The notes under the pieces were generated by a model. It searched no databases and had not been told where the DNA came from. It saw only the letters and a program-made list of their open reading frames with translations. The translations under genes were made by a program, and so were the position numbers. Below are positions 29,150 to 37,015 of a DNA stretch of 64,000 nucleotides, one piece after another. Origin of the DNA: Nitrospirota bacterium (GTDB taxonomy: Bacteria; Nitrospirota; UBA9217); the NCBI GenBank assembly GCA_963754875.1, contig CAVWHO010000017.1, forward strand, positions 144,949 to 208,948. The letters are read 5' to 3'. Each line of letters begins with the position of its first letter. Within the stretch, counting starts at the first letter, position 1.

Positions 29150-29482
29150 TTATCGCATCAAATTCGTGCTTCGGATCAGGTTCACATTCTTGATAAGTCC
29201 TTTTTCGCTGCAGCTCTCGTTCACCGAATCCGCACTGTATTTCTCTGCAAGCTGCCGTGTCCGTTGTTGGAGACCGCGGGGCTGTTTCAGTACGATTTGG
29301 AAATGGCCTTCCGCGAAATTAACAGGCATGAACAGCCCCCGCTCTCGTGCGATCAGAGATGCTTGTACGAAGGCCCATTCACTGCCGGTCTTAAACCCTC
29401 TGCTCTGACCGATAGGAACGCCAACAGCAAAACCGATCAATACTAAAACGATAACCGACACAATTCGTACTATAATTTTCAT
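29150..29482 (-). CDS. small membrane-anchored hypothetical protein (110 aa)
   Basis: N-terminal TM MKIIVRIVSVIVLVLIGFAVGV. Confidence 0.45.
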   Translation of the reverse strand: MKIIVRIVSVIVLVLIGFAVGVPIGQSRGFKTGSEWAFVQASLIARERGLFMPVNFAEGHFQIVLKQPRGLQQRTRQLAEKYSADSVNESCSEKGLIKNVNLIRSTNLMR

Positions 29483-29711
29483 AGCTCATCCTCCTTTTTT
29501 TACTTGGCAAACGCGAGAGGAATCACATTCCGACGCGATCATTTTTCGGCTTGCTCCCGTGCGCGTCAAAGCGGCGAACAAAGTTGTGCTCATGCCGGTA
29601 CAAGTTCGTAACTAACTCTTATCCACAGAAAAAGTGAACGAACATTTTGTTTTCCCGCCCCTGACAGTTGTCAGTTAAAGCAACCATTGATAATTATTAA
29701 TTCACAGCCGG

Positions 29712-30092
29712 TTAATTTTGTAGCGGGTCACTTTTTGTGTCCGTTTTAATGTTGAATCTTACTCCAACAAACTCCCGAAACTTTTCTTCATCGACTTTGA
29801 TAAAGTATGCATTCCCGAGTCGTCCTCCGATCCGTGTAATCCCTCGAGGACCGTCTTTCCTTGATACTATTCCTGCACCTCCGTATTTTTCGACTGGCAC
29901 CATTAAGGAAAAGTTTATTTGTTCACGGAGCGCCAACCTTAGGCCGATGCCGGCTACCCTAAATCCCCCAGGGGATAAGTCGAGAGAGTAAGCTTTTCCC
30001 AGATTCTTGCCTGCAACCATTATATTGACTTCAAGTTCTCTTTTTTGGCGATTACCGCTCTTTCTCCGGTCCTTACCAAATATTGCCCGCAT
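29712..30092 (-). CDS. PilZ-domain protein (c-di-GMP receptor candidate)
   Basis: RQKRE (RxxxR) followed by DLSPGGFRV (DxSxGG) PilZ signature. Confidence 0.6.
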   Translation of the reverse strand: MRAIFGKDRRKSGNRQKRELEVNIMVAGKNLGKAYSLDLSPGGFRVAGIGLRLALREQINFSLMVPVEKYGGAGIVSRKDGPRGITRIGGRLGNAYFIKVDEEKFREFVGVRFNIKTDTKSDPLQN

Positions 30093-30316
30093 ATTCCTCC
30101 TTTCCGTTCGGAACAGCCTGTCTTTAATAAATCAGAGGCAATTACACCTAAACATTTTTTACTATTGGTACTGGCCGTCTTGCGCCCTAAGACACATGTT
30201 CCCAAAATATGCATTCTGCAAACTCACATCATCAGAGTAAAACGATCTCCGCAAGCTTTGGAAAGATTACTTCCGGGTCAATCCGTTCTCTATTCCGGGG
30301 ACCTCCGGCGGCTTCT

Positions 30317-30652
30317 TCACTTGGCGGAGATCGCAAAAGTGTTGGGTGCAGTTCGTGAAAGGCCTGGCAGCCTATGGAGTTTTTTGGCTAGGGCGCTCAC
30401 GATCGATTCCCGGTTAAGATTTGCTCCGTGAACCGTTTTAACTTCGGAAATGATCTCTGAAACATGGAGTGGGCGCCCGGCGCGTATAAGTATGTCTATG
30501 ACCATATCCATATTAGACATACCTGTTCGCTCCCCTGTCAAACCCTTCAACTTAATCGGCCGAAATTGACGGATAGCGCGAAGCTGGGCCAATAATAAAG
30601 ATTCATGCATTTCAATAAGATAATCAGGTATGGTATTTTTTAATTGTTTCAT
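30317..30652 (-). CDS. hypothetical protein (111 aa), possibly winged-helix
   Basis: ORF with ATG start; no confident family. Confidence 0.4.
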   Translation of the reverse strand: MKQLKNTIPDYLIEMHESLLLAQLRAIRQFRPIKLKGLTGERTGMSNMDMVIDILIRAGRPLHVSEIISEVKTVHGANLNRESIVSALAKKLHRLPGLSRTAPNTFAISAK

Positions 30653-30810
30653 GCAGCTTATCCTTTTCTCATTTTACGTTTTGTCAAAATACTGCGATTA
30701 ATTTTTCTGATTGCTTTTGCTTTTCAAGATGTTCTTAACAATTCTCTTGTCTCCCCCCTGAAAATGAGCTAAAAGTAGTGTTGATAACACCCTCAAGGGA
30801 GAGCTTGCTC

Positions 30811-31062
30811 ATGTCGAACACGTCGCGTGTTGCTCGTTTTATCATCTGGATCTGTTCCAAGTTCACTCGCGTTGAAATTGAACAGATCGCCGCCGGGTTA
30901 CAGGATGTTCTCCAAAATCGCAATCCGGAAGTGAAACCGAAAGACGATTTTAAAGAGAAGCATCCAAACTACCGGCAGTTCGCGGTCGATCCAAAACCGC
31001 CGCTCACCGAACCGCTGCTCGAAAAAAAACACAAGAAACGAAAGACTACAACCAACTCTTAG
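30811..31062 (+). CDS. IS-encoded ORF1 (about 83 aa), upstream partner of the transposase
   Basis: ATG 30811 (MSNTSRVARF...); ends TAG 31060-31062, just after the A8C run 31022..31030. Confidence 0.45.
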   Translation: MSNTSRVARFIIWICSKFTRVEIEQIAAGLQDVLQNRNPEVKPKDDFKEKHPNYRQFAVDPKPPLTEPLLEKKHKKRKTTTNS

Positions 31063-32282
31063 CTCAGTACGAAGCGCTTCACGGAAAGCCTCTTGCTGCT
31101 GTAAAGCGCTGGGGCAAGTCTCATGCACTCCCCAAACTGGTTTTTTGCCCCGTCTGCAATGCCCCGCACGACTATCTCTACTACAACGACGGTAAGAAAA
31201 AATCTCAGATCAGGTGCAAGGTCTGTGGTCACTTGTTTCAAGCCGACCAGAGATTCCGTAAAAACGATAAGTCAAAATACTTTTGCCCCTACTGCAACCA
31301 CGCTCTCTTTCGTTGGAAAATGCGGAAAGAGGTTACGCTTTACAAATGCCCCAACGATGACTGCCAGCACCGCGTCCAGGCCATCGCAAAACTTAATCCG
31401 GCTGAGCGTGCATTACAGAAGAAACGAAGCTCGCAGTTCAAGCTCTGCTACCAGTACCGGGAGTATCATTACAAACCCCAAGAGCTTCTTCACTCTGAGC
31501 CCGAAAAGCCGATCGTCGAGCTTACGAAGATCCATAACTCCGAGAACGTCCTCGGCCTGATCCTTGCCTTTTATGTTTCCTTCGCCGTTCCAGCCAGGAA
31601 AACCGCGGCTATTTTGAAGTCCGTCTTCAATATCAAAGTCTCTTATCAGACGGTCCTAAATTATGCGGCAGCCGCAGCGTTTTACTGCCACAGCTACAAT
31701 CTCCAGCGTAAAGGCCCGATCGATTCTATTCAGGCTGGCGATGAAACGTATATCAGGGTCCTGGGGAAGCATCAATACGTCTTTTTCTTCATCTCATCCA
31801 AGAGCCTGAAAATCACCGCCTACCATGTTGCCGATAACCGGGGAACGCAACCAGCAATCATCGCCATGAACGAAGCGATCCGTACCGCAGCTCCCGGTCA
31901 GGAGATTATCCTCGTGACCGACGGCAATCCTTCCTACCCAGCCGGCATCCATTTTCTGAATGCTCAGGAAGGCGATGATCCCGATATCCAGCACCACAAG
32001 GTCATCGGCCTCCAAAACCTCGATGCCGAGTCAACGGAATGGAGGGCGTTTAAACAGCTCATCGAGCGCTTGAATAGGACCTACAAGTATCACGTGAGGC
32101 CTGCGGCCGGTTTCAACAGTAACAACGGCTCCGTGGTCCTGACGACGCTCTTTGTGACCCATTACAACTTTCTCCGCCCTCACATGTCATTGAACTACAA
32201 GCCACCCGTTCAATTGCCGGAGCTCCAGGCCATTACCACGCTTCAGGGCAAATGGGCGAAGATTCTTTCTCTCGCTGCTTAA
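31020..32282 (+). CDS. DDE transposase with N-terminal double CxxC zinc ribbon; the frame is open from 30954 but lacks an ATG before 31233 (TTG), suggesting -1 frameshift fusion to ORF1 at the A8C run or a homopolymer indel
   Basis: CPVCNAPHDYLYYNDGKKKSQIRCKVCGH and CPYCNHALFRWKMRKEVTLYKCPNDDCQH zinc ribbons; DDE candidates in IQAGDETYIRV, ILVTDGNPSYPA and LIERLNRTYKYHVRP. Confidence 0.7.
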   Translation, partial: RKKTQETKDYNQLLAQYEALHGKPLAAVKRWGKSHALPKLVFCPVCNAPHDYLYYNDGKKKSQIRCKVCGHLFQADQRFRKNDKSKYFCPYCNHALFRWKMRKEVTLYKCPNDDCQHRVQAIAKLNPAERALQKKRSSQFKLCYQYREYHYKPQELLHSEPEKPIVELTKIHNSENVLGLILAFYVSFAVPARKTAAILKSVFNIKVSYQTVLNYAAAAAFYCHSYNLQRKGPIDSIQAGDETYIRVLGKHQYVFFFISSKSLKITAYHVADNRGTQPAIIAMNEAIRTAAPGQEIILVTDGNPSYPAGIHFLNAQEGDDPDIQHHKVIGLQNLDAESTEWRAFKQLIERLNRTYKYHVRPAAGFNSNNGSVVLTTLFVTHYNFLRPHMSLNYKPPVQLPELQAITTLQGKWAKILSLAA

Positions 32283-32813
32283 ACTTTCCGCCTGCTACAT
32301 CTCAAAGAACGATCTCGTTAATGGACTTCTGTTGCCTGCTGCGTCCCATGCCGACGGTCGATCCGCCGCTAGATGATCTGGCTCCCCGTCGCTAACCTTA
32401 TCCGTCGATCATTTCATAGGGTCTACTCTCATTTTCATGAAAGTTTTGACACTATCTCATTTTACGGAATATTGGCACTATAGCAGAATTACGTATGTAT
32501 GTCAATAAGATAGTTACATACATAATGGGGAGCGTATGGTGATATTTTGCCGTAACGAGAATTAGGATGCCGATGTTCGTTCCAAACTAAAGATAATATT
32601 CTCAGAAAACAATGACATAATGATTCTTGACAAGTGTGCCAAATATGGCACAATGGGATTCGCATGGTGATGGTTCATGCTTACTGTGGAGTGGGCTATA
32701 GAGTGCGGCAGGTCGTTTCGTGCAGGAATGCCGGGCAGTGCACTCCGGCAGCCCGGTAACAAAAGGAGGGCAGTATAAGGCAGGGAGTAAAATATGATGT
32801 ATCGGCGGTTGTT

Positions 32814-34334
32814 TTGTGGGGCTTATTCTCTATCCTCGCTGGTTGCAGCAGCCAGAATCCACAGTCGAATTTCAATCCCGATACGGGAAGACATGTGTCC
32901 TCCGACTGGCTTCCTGCGGGCCACATGACGGCGGCGACGGCGGACATCGCCTCCTGCATCCAATGTCATGGCGCGGATCTCGCCGGAGGCATTTCTCGCA
33001 TCTCATGCACGTCGTGCCATATGGGAAGCCCAACGTCCGTCCATCCGGCAAACTGGGTTCCCCTGTTCAGAACGCATGGGCCCTACGCGACGCTGAACGG
33101 GACCGTCGCCTGTGCGAACCAGTATTGCCACGGACCTACGCTTGCCGGCGTTGCCGGCAGCGGACCGTCCTGCACGAGCTGCCACGGTCTTCCCTTCGAC
33201 CCGACAGTGCTCGTTTGCGGAGACTGCCACAAACAGCAGATGGGCACGCGGAGACCGGTGGTGGGACCAAATGGAGATTTCGGCCAAAACGCAGCGATTC
33301 TGTCTCATCATGTCACGGGAACGGCTGATCCCACGCCCAACCAGTGTCGGGTCTGCCATGACATGTCTGAGCACATGTCCGGCACGGTCCGTCTGCGGAA
33401 CGCCGATACAGGAGCGACCATTGTCTACAGCATAGCCGCTCCCAGCACACTCAAGCCCTTCTGCTTGAGCTGTCACGACGCGAGTGGCGCGCTCGCGACC
33501 GCGGTCATGAGCGGTACGCCCTCAGCGCCATTCAACGACGGTTCAAGACTGGGAACCCCGCCATATCCCTTTGCCACCAGGATCTATTCAAGCTGGAACG
33601 GCACATACGGCCACGGCACGAATGGGAACCACGCACCCGGATCGAGGCTTACCTGTCTAGGCACAGGCCAGCCCGGCACCGGCTGTCATGGAAATGGCCA
33701 AAGCATCAATGCACACGGGTCTGTAAACCAGGTGTTGGCGACGAGGGAATTTAAATATGATATTGCTTCCTCGGGCCCGATGTATACTTATGATGAGGCG
33801 CATTTTGACCTGTGCTTCAATTGTCATGAAAGCTATCCTCTTGTCTCGAAGACGGAAATCTTTGGGGTGAAGTTCGGCGGGTTACTGGACACTGCTTACG
33901 GTCCTCTCGGACCACGCGGTCAGAATCCACCCTATGATACTGGTGGACTCTTCCTTACGCACTTTGCTGACCATGACGATCTCTTGAATCCCTCTAATCC
34001 CCTGAATGATCCGGCCTTTTGGGGTACGACGAACATGAACCTTCACTGGTTCCATATAGGAGGGCAGACAGCCTCATTCCGCGGGACCGGTGCTACAACC
34101 GGCATCAACTGCGTCAACTGTCATGATGTTCATGGTTCGAGTGATCCCTACGGTGCAGTTTATGATGAGCTGGCATATAGCAATACGACGACTCTTGGGA
34201 ACAATGTGAGCGGAGAGATGGTATATTCAGCATATACGACTACCTTGTTGGAAGGTTATCCCACTTATTGTTCCTTCAACTGTCACTTTTTGCAGGGTCC
34301 GACAAAGGCGTGGTTTTCCCCGATTGTTGAGTAG
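32814..34334 (+). CDS. lipoprotein multihaem cytochrome c (7 CxxCH plus CX3CH, CX4CH and CX9CH variants)
   Basis: Lipobox LAGC-SS. Haem motifs CIQCH, CTSCH (x2), CGDCH, CRVCH, CLSCH, CFNCH, CVNCH, CSFNCH, CANQYCH. True start probably ATG 32794 in another frame (MMYRRLF...), implying a 1-nt indel near 32805-32815. Confidence 0.85.
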   Translation: MWGLFSILAGCSSQNPQSNFNPDTGRHVSSDWLPAGHMTAATADIASCIQCHGADLAGGISRISCTSCHMGSPTSVHPANWVPLFRTHGPYATLNGTVACANQYCHGPTLAGVAGSGPSCTSCHGLPFDPTVLVCGDCHKQQMGTRRPVVGPNGDFGQNAAILSHHVTGTADPTPNQCRVCHDMSEHMSGTVRLRNADTGATIVYSIAAPSTLKPFCLSCHDASGALATAVMSGTPSAPFNDGSRLGTPPYPFATRIYSSWNGTYGHGTNGNHAPGSRLTCLGTGQPGTGCHGNGQSINAHGSVNQVLATREFKYDIASSGPMYTYDEAHFDLCFNCHESYPLVSKTEIFGVKFGGLLDTAYGPLGPRGQNPPYDTGGLFLTHFADHDDLLNPSNPLNDPAFWGTTNMNLHWFHIGGQTASFRGTGATTGINCVNCHDVHGSSDPYGAVYDELAYSNTTTLGNNVSGEMVYSAYTTTLLEGYPTYCSFNCHFLQGPTKAWFSPIVE

Positions 34335-34677
34335 TTCGTAACCTGACCAAGCATGCAAGATTTTCCATCAAGAAAGCAGCCATAAGAAAGGCCGCTGCTT
34401 CATCCCTGCCCGCGACGGGGCCTGTGGACCGCTGCTGGTCGGCGCATAGGCGGTGGGCCTGATCGCCCGCCGGAGTCTTTCCCGCTGGCCCGGGATTGGG
34501 CTTTCCACCTGGATCTCCTGAAGGCATGCTCACCATAATGAGCTGGCATGCCCAGCTGCACGGAATGGCCTCTTTAGTATCGCCTCTCCTCGCTGAAATT
34601 TAAACATTAAAAACCTGAAGAGAGGTCTCGTCCTAAGGCCTTTTTGACTGCTTAGGATATCGTCATACAATACTGAA

Positions 34678-34863
34678 CTAATCACGTACATTGACTGCAA
34701 AGATAACGGTCCAGAAGAAAATAACAAAAGTTGCGGCCCCCCGGTAAATCTGCTCCAGGTTCCAGGAACCTGATGGCGTGTTCAGCAAGTCGGAAGGGTA
34801 GGCCCAATATGCCAGCGGTAGGCCGATAACGATGATCGCTATCCGGATAAAGCGCGCTTTCAT
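34678..34863 (-). CDS. small two-TM membrane protein (61 aa)
   Basis: MKARFIRIAIIVIGLPLAYWAY ... FVIFFWTVIFAV; GGAAGG SD upstream. Confidence 0.45.
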   Translation of the reverse strand: MKARFIRIAIIVIGLPLAYWAYPSDLLNTPSGSWNLEQIYRGAATFVIFFWTVIFAVNVRD

Positions 34864-35153
34864 GAGAATTCAAACCTTCCTGAAATTATGATACCATGTT
34901 CAGCCATCCTGTGTGGGCAGGCCGCAGCGAAATTATAAGAGCCGCTGATCAAGATTACACGGTGGATGATGTTTAAGAGAGTGTAAAAGAGGTCCTGAAG
35001 TGTACGCCGTTCAAAGCGGAGTTGGAGCTTCGGGTGGATCTCCGTCCCGTCCCGATTGATGCAGAGCAAGATAAGGCAGGTCTTTTTCAATCTCATGACG
35101 AACGCAAAAGAAAAGTTGCTGCGTGTAGATGTCGTAGCCGAAGGAGAATAGAC

Positions 35154-35483
35154 ATGCTCGTTGCAAAATCACTTGCTCTTTTTGTAGTTGCCGGTTTATG
35201 CGAGATCGGAGGCGGGTACCTCGTTTGGCTCCGGCTCAGGGAAGGCAAAAGCTTGTGGGTAGCCTTTGCAGGGGCGATTGTGCTCATTCTGTACGGCATT
35301 ATTCCCACCATGCAGGCGGCGAATTTCGGAAGAGTCTACGCGGCTTACGGCGGCGTGTTCGTGATCCTGTCGATCCTGTGGGGCTGGAAAGTGGACAACA
35401 TTCTTCCTGATCGGTTCGATGTTCTCGGAGGATTGATCTGTCTTATCGGCGTCGGCGTCATCATGTACTGGCCGAGAGGATAA
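35154..35483 (+). CDS. ynfA: YnfA-family (UPF0060) small membrane protein
   Basis: [24 protein letters not shown] ... [13 protein letters not shown] closely parallels E. coli YnfA. SD AAGGAGAA. Confidence 0.85.
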   Translation: MLVAKSLALFVVAGLCEIGGGYLVWLRLREGKSLWVAFAGAIVLILYGIIPTMQAANFGRVYAAYGGVFVILSILWGWKVDNILPDRFDVLGGLICLIGVGVIMYWPRG

Positions 35484-35505
35484 ACAGAGCGAGGAGGGAA
35501 ACGTC

Positions 35506-35637
35506 ATGAAAGAGCTTATGAAAGTGCTGTCAGCAGCAGGCGTCGCCTCATACAGTGCGGTTGCCTGTGCTCAAGGACAACTCCAAGGCTACGGCATGGG
35601 TCCCGGCGTGATGGGCTGGGGGTGCGGCATGGGGTAG
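35506..35637 (+). CDS. candidate 43-aa Gly/Met-rich small protein MKELMKVLSAAGVASYSAVACAQGQLQGYGMGPGVMGWGCGMG
   Basis: Strong SD GAGGAGGG 7 nt before ATG. Not in the ORF table because it is shorter than 60 aa. Confidence 0.35.
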   Translation: MKELMKVLSAAGVASYSAVACAQGQLQGYGMGPGVMGWGCGMG

Positions 35638-35684
35638 CCGTGGCCCATTATGGTACAACTCTTCAGGGTGCCCATCAAATCGGC

Positions 35685-36080
35685 TTAGACAGAAATCATA
35701 TTCTCCACTTCCCGGCCAGTAAGAATGTTGTTATATTGCCTGATCATTGAAATCAGTTTTTGAAAGTCGACAGGCTTTTCAAAGAATGCATTAGCGCCGG
35801 CGGCAAGAAAGGCACTTTCCCTTGTTTCACAACTTAAACCGACAATAAGGGAATCTGCGAAGCGGCACCGCATGAGTCTCGCGAAATCAGCCCCGTTCAT
35901 TCCCGGCATGTCATAATCGGTCACAATGATATCAAAGTTGCGCTTTCGAGAGAGGAGGAGTGCATCAGACGGGTTATTGCAGAATGATACGACGTATTCT
36001 TCTTTTTCCATGAAACGCATAAGGATGGTGCCGAAGAGTTCTTCATCATCTACAATGAGAATTGATTTTTTGTTTTTCAT
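35685..36080 (-). CDS. single-domain response regulator (CheY-like receiver)
   Basis: ILIVDDEELFGTILMRFM ... DIIVTDYDMPGMNGADFARL. Confidence 0.8.
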   Translation of the reverse strand: MKNKKSILIVDDEELFGTILMRFMEKEEYVVSFCNNPSDALLLSRKRNFDIIVTDYDMPGMNGADFARLMRCRFADSLIVGLSCETRESAFLAAGANAFFEKPVDFQKLISMIRQYNNILTGREVENMISV

Positions 36081-36358
36081 ATATTTCTGTCAAAATCTAA
36101 TATTAAAAAATACGACAAGTTCGGCGCGTTGCTCTTTACACATTTATCGCCATATCGGGCCAATAACTTTAATATTTTGTAAAATTTTATACAGTCGTAC
36201 TCTCCTGGTAAATAAAAGAGTTTTCCCTTATGTTGTAAATTGTTGAATTAATGATATAAAATTGAACTATGCGCGATGTCTGAAAAGAAAAAGCAGGCCG
36301 GATTTCAGCCTGCTTTTTAATCAGTTGATGCATCTGCCTGTTTTCTGAGGTAATCGTG

Positions 36359-36640
36359 TCAAAAAACGGTAATTCCGTTCCCCCACTCCATGCTCGGCTC
36401 GGTTGAACGTAAGCCGCCTGCGGCTGAACCTTCGTTTTCGGTATATTTTACCGGTCGAATGTCAAATGCGGTAATTTCGTTCCCCAGTGCGAGCCCCGAT
36501 CCGAGATCATGCGAGGGAACAGGTACCTTATCAAATACCGTAATGGCATTATACTCACCAGCGCTCATATCTTTGGCATAAGCAGTTCCGAAGGTAAGAG
36601 CAATTACCAGAACGCTCAAAAGAATTAGTGTCTTTTTCAT
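36359..36640 (-). CDS. small secreted protein with ITxFD-type internal repeats
   Basis: Signal peptide MKKTLILLSVLVIALTFGTAYA; repeats NAITVFD / EITAFD / NGITVF. Confidence 0.5.
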   Translation of the reverse strand: MKKTLILLSVLVIALTFGTAYAKDMSAGEYNAITVFDKVPVPSHDLGSGLALGNEITAFDIRPVKYTENEGSAAGGLRSTEPSMEWGNGITVF

Positions 36641-37015
36641 AGTTATCGCCTCTTTTCTTTTTGACTTTACCAAATCATGGTATAAGCTTATCACAGCTTT
36701 TGCAATTGTCAAGAGAGTATGCAACTTTGCAACTTATCTGCAGCCAAAGTAAATCGGAGCTGTTCAAATAAAATAGATTGTAGTATGAATCCCGGGACTT
36801 GCAATCCTCCGGCTCCTGCCCGGGTAATGCGTCGTAAACAGCACCATGCACTCGCGCTATTTCACTCGTAAACGCTGGTGCAGCCGGGAGGTCGCGATAG
36901 ATATTAGAGGAAACTCCACTTGGTTGGACGGGAGAGGGGATATCGAAAACCCCTCCGCGGTGCTGCATCCGAAGGTCACGTGCTATTTCGATTATTACTT
37001 CCCCTGGAAAAGAAA

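Larger units (their letters stand above)
30762..32465 (+). mobile_element. insertion sequence (IS1/IS1595-like; zinc-ribbon + DDE transposase) with imperfect 12-14-bp terminal inverted repeats
   Basis: Left end CCTGAAAATGAGCTA (30762) versus right end reverse complement CCGTAAAATGAGATA (ends 32465). Encodes a 94-aa ORF1 and a DDE transposase linked through an A8C run. Confidence 0.6.

Noticed and set aside
31123-31560. 145-aa ORF inside the IS
   Set aside because: Out of frame relative to the zinc-ribbon/DDE transposase reading frame, which carries the conserved motifs.
36958-36972. Third occurrence of CCGAAGGTCACGT (also in tRNA-like copy B)
   Set aside because: A 13-mer match is expected by chance many times in 64 kb. 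No flanking similarity.
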